A DNA stretch of 64,000 nt, from positions 13,516,001 through 13,580,000 of the forward strand of contig NC_086108.1 in NCBI RefSeq assembly GCF_963921235.1. Direction: 5' to 3'. A program made the translations under genes and the position numbers. The notes under the pieces are model-generated. The model did not search any database, was not told where the DNA came from, and was given only the letters and a program-made list of their open reading frames with translations. Positions 24,300-37,785 of this stretch are shown here, piece after piece. Source of the stretch: Mobula hypostoma. Taxonomy: Eukaryota. How positions within the stretch are numbered: the first letter of the stretch is position 1; each line of letters begins with the position of its first letter.

Positions 24300-26718
24300 G
24301 ATTGATTGGCACCTGATTTGTTCCAAGGGTTTAGATGGGGCAGAGGTTTGTTAAGTGTGTTCAGGACAGATTCCTGTCACAATCTGTGGACAAGCCGACC
24401 AGGGGGAATGCCATACTAGATCTAGTACTAGGTAATGAACCGGGTCAGGTCACAGATCTCTCAGTGGGTGAGCATCTGGGGGACAGTGACCACCGCTCCC
24501 TGGCCTTTAGCATTATCATGGAAAAGGATAGAATCAGAGAGGACAGGAAAATTTTTAATTGGGGAAAGGCAAGTTATGAGGCTATAAGGCTAGAACTTGT
24601 GGGTGTGAATTGGGATGATGTTTTTGCAGGGAAATGTACTATGGAAATATGGTCGATGTTTAGAGATCTCTTGCGGGATGTTAGGGATAAATTTGTCCGG
24701 GCGAGGAAGATAAAGAATGGGAAGGTGAAGGAACCATGGGTGACAAGTGAGGTGGAAAATCTAGTCAGGTGGAAGAAGGCAGCATACATGAGGTTTAGGA
24801 AGCAAGGATCAGATGGATCTATTGAGGAATATAGGGAAGCACGAAAGGAGCTTAAGAAGGGGCCGAGAAGAGCAAGAAGGGGGCATGAGAAGGCCCTGGC
24901 GAGTAGGGTAAAGGAAAACTCCAAGGCATTCTTCAATTATGTGAAGAAACAAAGGATGACAGGAGTGAAGGTAGGACCGATTAGAGATAAAGGTGGGAAG
25001 ATGTGCCTGGAGGGTGAGGAAGTGAGCGAGGTCCTCAATGAATAGTTCTCTTCGGTATTCACCAATGAGAGGGAACTTGATGGTGAGGACAATATGAGTG
25101 AGGTTGATGTTCTGGAGCATGTTGATATTAAGAGAGAGGAAGTGTTGGAGTTGTTAAAATACATTAGGACAGATAAGGCCCCGGGGCCTGACAGAATATT
25201 CCCCAGGCTGCTCCACGAGGCAAGAGAAGAGATTGCTGAGCCTCTGGCTAGGAACCTTTATGTCCTCGTTGTCCACGGGAATGGTACCGGAGGATGGGAG
25301 GGAGGCGAATGTTGTCCCCTTGTTCAGAAAAGGTAGTAGGGATAGTTCGGGTAATTATAGACCAGTGAACCTTACGTATGTGGTGGGAAAGCTGTTGGAA
25401 AAGATTCTTAGAGATAGGATCTATAGGCATTTAGAGAATCATGGTCTGATCAGGGACAGTCAGCATGGCTTTGTGAAGGGCAGATCATGTCTAACAAGCC
25501 TGATAGAGTTCTTTGAGGAGGTGACCAGGCATATAGATGAGGGTAGTGCAGTGGATGTGATCTATATGGATTTTAGTAAGGTATTTGACAAGGTTCCACA
25601 CGGTACGCTTATTCAGGAAGTTAGAAGGCATGGAATCCAGGGAAGTTTGGCCAGGTGGATTCAGAATTGGCTTGCCTGCTGAAGGCAGAGGGTGGTGGTG
25701 CAGGGAGTACATTCAGATTGGGGGATTGTGACCAGTGGTGTCCCACAAGGATCTGTTCTGGGACCTCTACTTATCGTGATTTTTATTATCGACCTGGATG
25801 TGGGGGTAGAAGGGTGGGTTGGCAAGTTTGCAGATGACACAAAGGTTGGTGGTGTTGTAGATAGTGTAGAGGATTGTCAAAGATTGCAGAGAGACATTGA
25901 TAGGATGCAGGAGTGGGCTGAGAAGTGGCAGATGGAGTTCAACCCAGAGAAGTGTGAGGTGGTACACTTTGGAAGGTCAAACTCCAAGGCAGAGTACAAA
26001 GTAAATGGCAGGATACTTGGTAGTGTGGAGGAGCAGAGGGATCTCAGGGTACATGTTCACAGATCCCTGAAAGTTGCCTCACAGGTGGATAGGGTAGTTA
26101 AGAAAGCTTATGGGGTGTTAGCTTTCATAAGTTGAGGGATAGAGTTTAAGAGTCATGATGTAATGATGCAGCTCTATAAAACTCTGTTTAGGCCACACTT
26201 GGAGTACTGTGTCCAGTTCTGGTCGCATCACTATAGGAAGGATGTGGAAGCATTGGAAAGGGTACAGAGGAGATTTACCAGGATGCTGCCTGGTTTAGAG
26301 AGTATGCATTATGATCAGAGATTAAGGGAGCTAGGGCTTTACTCTTTGGAGAGAAGGAGGATGAGAGGAGACATGATAGAGGTGTACAAGAGAATAAGAG
26401 GAATAGATAGAGTGGATAGCCAGCGCCTCTTCCCCAGGGCACCACTGCTCAATACAAGAGGACATGGCTTTAAGGTAAGTAGTGGGAAGTTCAAGGGGGA
26501 TATTAGAGGAAGGTTTTTTACTCAGAGAGTGGTTGGTGCATGGAATGCACTGCCCAAGTCAGTGGTAGAGGCAGATACACTAATGAAGTTTAAGAGACTA
26601 CTAGACAGGTATATGGAGGAATTTAAGGTGGGGGCTTATATGGGAGGCAGGGTTTGAGGGTCGCACAACATTGTGGGCTGAAGGGCCTGTACTGTGCTGT
26701 ACTATTCTATGTTCTATG
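24300..26718 (+). mobile_element. 5'-truncated CR1 LINE ORF2, few disablements
   Basis: ORFs 24335, 25233, 25692 and 26163: ILDLVL, DSDH, NYRPVNLT, KFADDTKVGG. Tail tattctatgttctatg. Confidence 0.95.
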
Positions 26719-26839
26719 GAACAGGAAGGAAGATAGCTGTGTCACCTCAGCTGTTATATGAAACGCACACATATCCACTAACATTTTACATCAAAAATTT
26801 TCCCAGTATCAAATTGGGGCCCACTAGCCTGTGCATCCA

Positions 26840-28320
26840 GCTCACAATTATCTGTAACTTCCAACATCACCAATGGGATCCCACCACATCTTTCCCTCCT
26901 CTTCCCCCACCCCCAGCCCACTTCCCCATTTTCTGCAGGGATTGGTCCCTATGCATCTCCCTTCTCCACTTGTCCCTGCCCACTGATCTTCCTCCTGGTA
27001 CTCATCCTTGCCAACAGAACAAGTACGCCACACTCCTCCTTGCTCATTACTGCTCAGGGCTCCAAACAGTCCTTTCAGGTGAGGCGACACTTCACCTGCG
27101 AGTCTGTTGGGGTCATCTACTGGATCCAGTGTGGCCTCCTGCATATCGGAGAGACCCAACATAGATTTGGAGACTGCTTTGCTGAGCATCTTCGCTCCGT
27201 TTGCCACTAGAAGCGGGATCTCCTAATGGCTACCCATTCCAATTTTACTTTCCATTTAACATGTCAGTCCTTGGTTGCCTCTACCGCCACGATAAGTCCA
27301 CCCTTAGGTTGGAGCAACATCTTATGTTCCATCTGGGTAGTCTCCAATTTTATGGCATGAACATCGATTTCTCTAACTTCTGATAATTGCCCCTCCCTCC
27401 TTCACCACTCCCCATCCTGTTTTCCCTCTCTCACCTCATCTCCTTACCTGCCCATCACCTCTCTCTGGTGCTCCATCCCCTTCCCTTTCTTCCATGGTCT
27501 CTGTCCTCTATCAGATTCCCCCTTCTTTAGCCCTTTATATCTTTCACCAACTTTCCAGCTCTTTACTCCCCCCTCCCAGTTTCACCTATCATCTGCCACC
27601 TTGTACTTCTTCCTCCCTCCCCCCACCCCCACCTTCTTAAGGCTGATTTATACTTGTGTGTACCAGCGTACGTAAGTGGGCTACGCCGTTGTGAGAATTT
27701 ATACTTGTGCGTTGGTGTGTCTGCGTCGCTCTGCAATTCAGGCATGTACACGTATGTGCATGTCACATATTCGCACGTCACGCATACGTGCACACCTGCC
27801 TGTGCAAGGCTTCATGGTCATGGTAGTCTCGGGGTAAACAAGTTTAAAGCGAGCGTCATTTTTCGTAAAAGCGAAATGTGTCCTCCATAGTTTCAGAGGT
27901 CTGTAATGCTTTATGGAAAGCACTGCAGCCAGAGTTCCTTCCCTGCCCTTCAGTCGCCCAATGGGAAGCTATTGCAGCATAGGAGGAAATGCGATGCTAC
28001 CAAACGAACCAATCACAGTTGTTACGGTCTGCGTTGCCATGACGCGTAGTTACATTTTGGGAGAGGTGCGCATCAAGCTACAGTGTAGGGTTCGCAGCTA
28101 CGCCGTACCTACAGCATTGATTTGACGCACAAGTATAAATCAGCCTTTACTCTAAGACTTCTCCCTTTCCTTTCTAGTCCTGATGAAGCATCTTGCCCCC
28201 AAACGTCAACTGTTTACTCATTTCTATCGATGCTGCTTGGCCTGCTGAGTTCCTCCAAACATTTTGTCTGTTGCTTTGGATTTCCAGCATCTTCAAATTT
28301 TCTCGTGTTTGTGAAGTTTA
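26840..28320 (+). mobile_element. Penelope-like element 3' portion (GIY-YIG endonuclease + terminal repeat), split by a MITE
   Basis: KQSFQVRRHFTCESVGVIYWIQCGLLHIGETQHRFGDCFAEHLRSV at about 27064-27200. Pyrimidine-rich tract. Degenerate hammerhead agtcctgatgaagcatcttgcccccaaacgtcaact at about 28176. Confidence 0.85.
27640..28146. mobile_element. PIF/Harbinger-type MITE (507 bp)
   Basis: 19-bp perfect TIR AGGCTGATTTATACTTGTG / CACAAGTATAAATCAGCCT, with TTA TSD at 27637-27639 and 28147-28149. Confidence 0.88.
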
Positions 28321-29228
28321 TTCTAGCATTATTTGTTGTTTTATTTTTGCCAATTTTCCATATTCATCATGTGCCAGTTAGGATGGCTCATATTGTATAT
28401 CTTCAATTAATTTGCTGATGCTATTAATGCCTAGCTGTTGGGTATATCAATATGTACCACATACTTCAAAACGACCAATGCTAGGCATTCTTGTAGATCC
28501 AAAACAAACATGCACCCTCTTTATTAAACATTACAGCAATGGCAATGGTGACATTATGCCCATGATTCACTGTTTTCAAGGGAAACAGAAACAGATGATC
28601 ATGCCCTTCACATACCATCTTAAACTAGATCACTTATGCAAATGTAATCACCATGATTCAGGGAATCTCATCACATTAAGTCTTCATATGTTCACTATAA
28701 AAGCTACCTTTCATAAGTACCAGTATAGGAGTTCATAAGGTACCATTCCAGTAGGGTGTAGTTTATATAATTATACTTTACATTGTCCTAAATGGGATAA
28801 TGACTCTGGAACTTTTATTAACGAAATCCATCAGAAAAATATAACAATTCCTGTCACATAAAAAGAATAGTCTAAATTCATGGAACAATACATATCTGCA
28901 AATCTGAATGAAATGTTCCTCATCTTATGGAGTATAAAGAGCTGACCATCTTGTGTCTTTTAAGGCAGTGTCATCTTTTATCTCTTCCTTCTGCTGCTAG
29001 TCTCAGCACTGTTGTTCTTTGCTTCAGATTTTCTTTGTTGTATTAATGCTTAATAAAACTATCGCAAAGCAACAAGTTTTGTACCTCTTTCCTGACTTCC
29101 AAAAGAACCTTGGATTTAAAAAAAAAACATAATTCAACAAGGATTAGTCATTTTGGTGGATCCTCCAAGTAACTGTCGTCACAATTTAACTGGACTCTGA
29201 AAACTCGGCACTTATTTTTGAATCAGAC

Positions 29229-30872
29229 TTTATTTTACTTGTGCACAAGGAGAGCAGCATGGCCCCTGTCACCACACTGCTCTAAATTCTGAACTTGAGC
29301 TCTATCTACAATCTACCCTTGCCTGGAAACTATGCTAACACTTGCCTCACTGCAGCTTCTAAATGTGAATATGCCAATACTCACCTTGAGCAGTTACTGG
29401 AATACAGCTAAAGCACCAAGCTAGAAAGCAAGTATTGACTTCAAACAGAACAAATACATACATCAACATCCTGACGAAGGGTCTCGGCCTGAAACGTCGA
29501 CTGCACCTCTTCCTATAGATGCTGCTTGGCCTGCTGCGTTCACCAGCAACTTTGATGTATGTTGCTTGAATTTCCAGCATCTGCAGAATTCCTGTTGTTT
29601 GCGTTTAAATACATACAAGTATTGTTGGCCCTGGCAAGGTTGCATCAAGTGCAATGTCAGTTTAAAATCAGAACAAGAAAAATCCATCATCCAGACAGCA
29701 CAACTTGAAAAATATTTTAATGATGGTTAGACAATTAGAAACCAATTATGAGTGGAAAATGTACAAAAATGTTGTGACTGAGTTATAGTGTTCAACTTGA
29801 TAGATGAAAATATTTTCAATACTCCATCACAAGCAACTACCTTTTGACAAGAATTAACTGAAACTCAAAGAAGAATTAAAATCAGACTGTGACAAAGATT
29901 TGCTCACAAAGCTAGGTAAACATGACAAGTGTTGAAAGGTCAATATATTTTTTTCAACCTGAATGTCAATGAAGGCCAATCCACAGCCTGACCGGGTAAC
30001 AATTAATTAAATGGGACAGTCACAAAGCAATGCAGTCTAATTGCCCTCCATAACTGAGAACCTGCTTCATGCACCCTCAAATCTCTGATCACTGTGAAAA
30101 GTGCCCCCATTTACACCTTTCTATTCCCACACATAATGCTACACAAACAGCCAGACCTGCCCCCATGAAACAAGTGTGCTGCCATCCTGGAATTTATAAA
30201 GCTACCTTTGTAGTATTTTGTCTTAATTTAGTCAAATAAAACACTACACGAGACCAGTGGCGGAGTCCACAGAATCACAGTTACTCAAATGCTTTCATTA
30301 TTTCTCACTGTACAGCTGGTATCAGTAAAGAATGTATTTGTCCAACACAAGGAAAGAGAGCACTGTTTGGTGACTGTCCAAACCAAAATCATATCAGGTT
30401 AAAATCAACGACTTTAAACCTATTTACCAAGGATCAGAGCCTCCAGACAAAAATTGAGTCAGGTTACCTTGGCAGAGCTTAAATAACTGAAATGGAATGG
30501 CCTAGTTTTTTCTCTCTAGTCTTGCTCATTGTAATCCAATTGCACTCCGGTTATTTGTAATAATCTGTGATACACAAGACAGAATGTAAATCATTGCAGT
30601 TATACACAGACCACATCCATTGAAAATACGAGTTCCTTACTCTTCGGGGATTTCAGTTTATGAAAAGATTGGTCAGGAATACTTCAACCTCACATCTCAT
30701 TCTCCTGATCTATGAGGAGCATTTACAGTCACATAGTCCTGGCATTTGCAACTGTTGCTGGTGTTGAAGGATTGTGAAAAGGATGGTAGGTTGCCTGCCA
30801 AAGGTTTGCATCAATCCCAAGGAACTTATCTTCATGGTAGAACTTGGAAGCTACCACCAAAGTCATCTCCAT
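29229..30872 (-). other. COP1: Putative COP1 3'UTR, drawn to the first canonical AATAAA on the minus strand (29229-29234)
   Basis: Mostly unique, TE-poor sequence downstream of the TGA. The true 3' end is unknown: an ATTAAA variant lies at 29716-29721 and further AATAAA at about 28814 and 28520. Confidence 0.45.
29463..29606 (+). mobile_element. Short Penelope-derived insertion starting at a hammerhead core
   Basis: TSD AAATACATACA at 29452-29462 and 29607-29617. CTGACGA-AGGGTCTCGGCCT-GAAAC-GTC-GACT starts at 29471. Confidence 0.85.
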
Positions 30873-30890
30873 TCATACCAATTCCAGCAC
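30873..30890 (-). CDS. COP1: COP1/RFWD2 last coding exon, coding part (VLELV-stop)
   Basis: ttgtttccag|GTGCTGGAATTGGTATGA, the known COP1 C-terminus VLELV*. Confidence 0.93.
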   Translation of the reverse strand: MLELV

Positions 30891-31213
30891 CTGGAAACAA
30901 TGTAACAGGTTAATTCATGACTGTACCTGAGGAAAAGAATAACAGAAAAACAGAAGCAAAGACCTCTCAATCTGGACTAAAATGAAATAAGCGCACCCAA
31001 AATACAAAAACTGCACTCCTCGGGATCGAACTGGTTGAATGTTCACTGCTCCCCCATTAAAGGCAGTGCCTCATTCTAACCTGCTCTGACAGTAAACACA
31101 GATTCACTGCAATTTGGATTTAAGCATGAGATAACGGTCCATGGGATGCTCATTCTAAACATGAATATATTGCAACTTTGAAGTTGCTTTTACACTTTAC
31201 GTTCTTTGCTCAC

Positions 31214-31258
31214 CTTTATTGTGCCTTGGCTGTTAGCAGCTATTAAGACATTCGATTC
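31214..31258 (-). CDS. COP1: COP1/RFWD2 penultimate coding exon (45 nt)
   Basis: aacag|GAATCGAATGTCTTAATAGCTGCTAACAGCCAAGGCACAATAAAG|gtgagc = ESNVLIAANSQGTIK, phase 0/0. Confidence 0.95.
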
Positions 31259-31739
31259 CTGTTGAGTAAAAAAAAATGCTTAAAACAGGAACAAAGATTA
31301 TAATAATAAAATAAATCTGAATCTCCATGTAATCATAAACTACAATTATTCATTGACAAAATTCCAATTCACTAATTGTACTTCTTCGTGAACCAGAGTA
31401 CCCTCTATTCTGAAGTGCAAATATGCATGTGCCCACTTCGTAGGCAACTGGTGTTAAAAGCCCAGGGGCTGGTCCTGAACTGCCAAGCCGATTTTCATCC
31501 GCTGCCCATTCAAAAAAGCATTCTGAATTTCTTACATTGAAGTGTGCACCCATTCCATTCACTGAAACAGTATTTTGTATAACCCAGGGGATGGGCATCA
31601 TCTGAACCAAACATTGTGTGTCCTCAAGATCAGCAATCTTTCAATCTAAAGAAATTGTTTCACCAATCGCCATCATGCAGATAACATACAGCATGAATGC
31701 TTCCAAATGTACTAACACTTAGCTAACCTTTCACTCCAT

Positions 31740-33830
31740 CAGAATCAGGTTTAATAACACTGACATATGTTGTGAAATTTATTGTTTTGCAGCAATACAT
31801 TGCAATACATAATAAAACCTACAAAATATATATAAATAAATACAGTGCAAAAAGAGAGGGGAAAACTAAATAGTGAGGTAGTGTTCAAGGGTTCACTGTC
31901 CATTCAGAAGTATGATGGAAGAGGGAAAAAAGCTGTTCCTGAAAGATTGAGTTTGTGTTTTCAGGCTCCTGTACCACTACCTTGATGGTAGCAATGAGAA
32001 AAAGGCAGGACTCAGGTGATGGAGATTCTAGTGTCCAAGATGGAGCTGGCTGAATTTACAACCCTCACCAGCCCTTTCTGATACTGTGCAGTGGCTCTCC
32101 ATACCAGACAGTTAGAATGGTACCTTTATAGAAATTTGCAAGTGAATTTGGTGACATACCAATTCTCCTCAAACTCCTAATGAAATACAGCCCGTCACAC
32201 CTTCTTTGTAATTGGATATGTTCGGTCCAGGATAGATCTTCACAGATGTTGACAGCCAGGAACTTGAAACTGCTCACCCTTTCCATTTCCGATCCTCCCA
32301 GGAGGACTCATGCATATTCCCTTGACTTCCCCTTCCTTGGTCTTACTGACATTGATTATAAAGCTGCTGCTGCAACACCACTCAACCAGCTGATTTACCT
32401 TACTTCTGTATGCCTCGTCACCACCTGAAATTCTGCCAACATAGTTGTGTCATCAGCAAATACATAGATGGCATTTGAGCTGTGCCTAGCCACAAAATCA
32501 TGGATGCTTAAAGAGTAATGGACCAAGAATGCATCCTTGAGGTGTGCCAGTGTTGAATGTCTGCGAGATGTTATTTCCGAACTGTACAGACTGTGGCCTC
32601 CCGGTGATTGAGGATCCAGATGCAGAGGGTCAGGTTTTGGAACTTGTTGATTAGAACTGAGGGAATGATTGAGTTGAACACTGAGCTGCAATTAATAAAC
32701 TACAGTCTGGCATGGGTATTACTATTATCTAGGTGATCCAAGGCTGAGTGGAGAGCAAGTGAGATTTCAGCCACTGTAGATCTATTCTGATGATAGGCAC
32801 ATTGCAGCATGTCCATATTATTGCTTAGGCAATAGTTGATTCTAGCCATGACTAAACTCTCACTGCACTTCATCACAGTAGATATGAGTGCCACTGGGCG
32901 GTATCCAAGGAGGTAGCTCATCCTGGGTACTGGTATCATTGAAACAGATGAGAACCTCTGACTGTAGCAGAGAGAGATTGAAGATATCTTTGAACACTTC
33001 TGCCTGTTGGTTGGAGCAGGTTTTCAGAGCCCTATCAGGTATACTATTAGGGCCTTATGAGGATTTATTCTCTTGAAAGATGTTCTGACATCAGTCTCCA
33101 AGCTAAATCAGACAGTCATCAGATGCTGCAGGGATTTGCATAGGTGTAGTTTTATTCTCCCTTTCAAAGTGTGCATAAAAGTATTAAACTAACTGGGAGT
33201 GAAGCATAACAGCCATTTATGATTTTAAGCAATGGCCTGCCAACCCTGCCAAAGCTGATGTGCATCTGATTCTGCCTCTAACCTCAATCAAAGTTGTTTT
33301 TTCACCCTTGAAATAGCCTTCCACAGGTCAGACCTGGACTTCTTGCATAGTTCTGGATCACTGGTCTTGATGCCATAGATCTAGCCCTCAGCAGACTAAG
33401 AATCTCCTAGTTCATCCATGGCTTTTAGTTTGGGCATGTCTGGTATGTTCTCAAATGCACACACTTGTCCACACAGGCTTTGAAGTCGTCAGTGACATAT
33501 CCATTCAGATTCAAAGATAAATCCCTGAAAGTTGTCCAGTCCACTGACTCAAAGCATTCCTGTACCACTCCTCTGTCTCCCTTAAGCATTCCTTCTTGGT
33601 CCTCACCACTGGTGCTATAGTCTTAGTCTCTTCCTATAAGCTGGGAATAAGAGTACAGGCAGGTGATCGGACTTTCCAAAGTGTGGGTGGGGTATGGCAT
33701 GGTAAGCATTTTTCTTGGTGGTACAGTAGTGGTCAAGTGTGCTGGTTTCTGTGGTTCAACAGGTGATATATTGGTGGTAGTTATTCAAAATTTCTTCAAG
33801 CTGACCAGGTTGAAATCTCCTGCAATGTTA
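31740..33830 (-). mobile_element. Degraded Rex/Babar-type LINE
   Basis: YRPVALISTVMKCSESLV, YVFADDTT and ERVSSFKFLAVNICEDLSW in ORFs 32700, 32395 and 32065. Confidence 0.85.
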
Positions 33831-33989
33831 GGGATGCATCAGAGTGTGCAGTTTTGTGCCTGCTGGTCACGTTTGCTCAGCTTGTCCAGTGCCTGCCTGA
33901 TGTTGGCCTGTGGTGGTACTCACTGCAGTACAATGAACAAATCTGTCCTTTTCTTATCCAAACCAGAACCCTGGATCAACAGTTTAATG

Positions 33990-35620
33990 CCTGCACTCGC
34001 TGCGCGAGACAGCTTTCGCCTTCGGTAACCACCAGGCACTCAAGAAATGCAGCGACGATCTACAGAAGGTCAATCAAGGTAGCAAAACAATAATACAGGG
34101 ACAAGATCCAACACAAGTCTCAAACAACAGCTTATGGCAAGGCCTGCACACCATCGCAAACTTTAAAGCTAAATGCAGTGGTACTGCCAACATCACTGCC
34201 TCTCTCACAGATGAGCTAAATCTTTTTTACGCTCGTTTCGATGTCGCCAACACTGAGCCCCAATGTGACCTGCACCTTGGTCATCTCTGAGCCTGAAGTA
34301 TGCAGGTGTTTCCAATGAGTGGACAGCTGCAAGGCTGCGGGACTGCACAGCATCCCAGGGTGGGTTCTCAAGTGTGCACGACACAACTGACTGGCGTGAT
34401 TGCAGACATTTTTAAGTCTCTCCCTCTCCCCATGTAAAGTGCTCTCCTGCTTCAAAACATCTACCATCATCCCTGTACCTGAAAAGACCAAAATAACTTG
34501 TCTGGACGACTGGTGTCCTGTCGCACTCACTTCAATAATAAGCAAATGCTTTGAGAGGCTGGTCAAGGACTATATCTGCAGCATGCTACCACCCACACTG
34601 GACACCCTACAATTCACCTACCAACACAACTGATCGACAGATGACGCAATAGCCATAGCTTTACACACTGTCCTTACACACCTGGAGAGGAGGGATACTT
34701 GTGTGAGAATGCTGTTCTATTACAGTTAAGCATTCAACACTATAATTCCCTCCAGGCTTGACAAGAAGCTCAAAGACCTCGGCCCTTCACTCTGCCTTCT
34801 GCAGCTGGATCCTGGACTTCCTGTCAGTTCGCCGGCAGGTGGTAAGAGTGGTCTCCATCACCTCTGCCCCTCAACACAGGAGCCCCCTAGGGCTGTGTCC
34901 TAAGCCCCCTCCTTTACTCTCTGTATACCCATGACTGTGTCACCACCCACAGCTCCAATCTGCTAATTAAATTTGCAGATGATACTACACTGATTGGCCT
35001 TATCTCAAATAATAATGAGGCAGCCGACAGAGACGAAGTCATCACCCTGACACAGTAGCCTCAAGAAAACAACCTCTCCCTCAACGTCAAAAAAACAAAG
35101 GAGCTGGCTGTGGACTACAGGAGGAATGGAGACAGACTACCCCCTATTGATATCAATAGATCTGGGGTTGAGAGGATGAACAGCTTCAAGTTCCTCGGTA
35201 TATACATCACCAAGGAACTCACTTGGTCTGTACATACCAGCTGTGCAGTGAAAAAAGCACAACAGTGCCTCTTTCACCTCAGACGGTTGAAGAAGTTCAG
35301 CATGAGTCCCCAAATCCTAAGGACTTTCTACAGGGGCACAATTGAGAGCATCCTGACTAGCTGCATCATTGTCTGGTATGGGAACAGTACTTTCCTCAAT
35401 CGCAGGACACTGCAGAGAGTGGTGCAGGCAGCCCAGAGCATCTGTGGACGTGAACTTCCTACTGTTCTGGACATTTACAGCGACAGGTGTGTAAGAAGGG
35501 CACGTTGCTACCATCTGGGAAACGGTACCACAGCATTAAAGCCAGGACCAACAGGCTCCAGGACAGCTTCTTCCACCAGGCCATCAGATTAATTAATTCA
35601 CACTGACACAACTGTATTTA
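33990..35620 (+). mobile_element. Rex/Babar-type LINE RT region
   Basis: CFKTSTIIPVPEK...CPVALTSIISKCFERLV, KFADDTT, ERMNSFKFLGIYITKELTWS. Confidence 0.88.
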
Positions 35621-35910
35621 GACCATAAGACAAAGGAGCAGAAGTAGGCCATTCGGCCCATCGAGTCTGCTCTGCCATTTTATCATGAGCTGATCCATTT
35701 TCTCCTATTTAGTCCCACTCCCCTGCCTTCTCACCATAACCTTTGATGCCCTGGCTACTCAGATACCTATCAATCTCTACCTTAAATACACCCAATGACT
35801 TGGCCTCCACTGCTGCCCATGGCAACAAATTCCATAGATTCACCACCCTCTGACTAAAAAAATTTCTTCGCATTTCTGTTCTGAAAGGGCGCCCTTCAAT
35901 CCTTAAGTCA
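35620..35910 (-). mobile_element. CR1 3'-end fragment
   Basis: gaccataagacaaaggagcagaagtaggccattcggccc tail, same type as at 19421. Confidence 0.8.
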
Positions 35911-37199
35911 TTTCTAAGCTATACTGACTGCTCTGTTGTATATCTTACTGTATATACTATTTACCACAAATTACTATAATTTTCACATTGCACATTCAGA
36001 CAGAGATATAACGTAAAGATTTTTACTAAGAAATTGTCAATTCAATTAGCCTATTCTTATTTTCTCATTACAGGAAAAACAGCCTCTCAACTGCTGTGAT
36101 AATACTTCGGTTGAAGCCTGGTTAAGTTTCTGGCCACTGCTAACACCAGGATGTTGACCCTGGGTATTCAGAAATACTAATGCCAGTGATTGGTAAAGAA
36201 AGGGTGGGGCTGAACTAAGGTACTCAAGGTCAAAGTGATCGTGCTGCCATTTGTGAAGTCCAAACGATATTCAACTTTCAGCTCATACCTGACCATTCTC
36301 CAAATTTTACCTTACGCAAAGCTTGCTTTTTTGCTTATGTTGCAGATTCACTGAGTGAAACATTTTCCTCTTGTTCCCATCGTCAGTTTCACTCTGAAAC
36401 TTGCCAGACAAACAGACTTTGGTGTACATCCCATCTCAACTCTTAGGTTTTACTAAAATTGCCCACGTTTGGAACTTTGTAAGAATGAAACCTGGAGCTG
36501 AGTGGTTCAGAAAGCATACAGGGCATTGTTGAGAAAAATGCTTTTTTATGGGACTATTGACAATATCCTTAAGTGGTGGCAATTTACTGAATTAGGTACC
36601 CTTTCATTTGGAAACAGCCAAGGAACAGCACGTCAAAAGTCCACCTTTCTGAGAAGATGTCAGAAATGTAGATATTCAAGTGGCATAACTTGACTGTTTA
36701 CAAAATGTCAAACCTAATCCAGAAAATTAGATTAGAGTATAGCCTACGCTGAAGAATACATTTTTAGCTGAGCAAGCACCACGAGGTAAGCGTTGTTGCC
36801 TTTATTGCACTCATCTGATTGCAAAAGGTCTAAATGATAGAGGTTTCAGAAAATACTTGCTTTTGTGGATCAATTTACAAGGTTACAAGGTGGAGAAGCT
36901 CAATTGTTCTCTTGAAAGCTAAAAAGTGAGGATTCGATGTAAAATTCTTTATTAGGTTTGGATTGTATAACAGTGATTACTTCAAGGATCAGGGACAAGA
37001 TCGATGGTGAAGAATAAAAGAATCAGGGAAATTCAAGAAATTGTTATAACTTCAGAATAAGTATGACCTAAAGATATTAAGAAGTATTGAGGAGGACTGA
37101 ATAGGCATTTGTAGAATAATTTACAAGAAAATAGGGAAAAAGTAAATATGTCAGATCTAAAACACAAAATAATGCAGATGATTATCCACTTATTTAGAG

Positions 37200-37330
37200 A
37201 TACAGCAGCCCCATGATTCTGTGCTACTAAATTGTAACCAATTAACCTACTAACCCAAATGTCTTTGGAATATGGGAGGAAACTAGAACACCTGGAAGAA
37301 GCTCATGTGGTCAAAAGAGAGAACGTGCCA
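37200..37330 (-). mobile_element. V-SINE/HE1-like fragment (similar pieces at about 38030-38140 and 44650-44790)
   Basis: aattaacctactaacc...gtctttggaatatgggaggaaactagaacacctggaagaa motif. Confidence 0.55.
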
Positions 37331-37482
37331 CCTGAAAAATCATTCACTTGAAACATTAGCACAGCTTCTTCCCCACAAGAAGCTACATGATGGTCTGTAT
37401 GTTTCAGGCTTTTTTGTTTGACATCAGAGAAATGGAATGAAAATGATCGTTCTGCATACTGCAATGAGTCCAGCATTATTTA

Positions 37483-37785
<303 letters not shown>

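Noticed and set aside
28852..29139. Possible short solo LTR (TGT...TATAAA...AATAAA...CAACA)
   Set aside because: No TSD and no second copy in the window.
36780..36792. Strong plus-strand splice donor (GAG|GTAAGC) in unique intronic DNA, possible antisense exon
   Set aside because: A single motif with no convincing acceptor or coding similarity; expected by chance.
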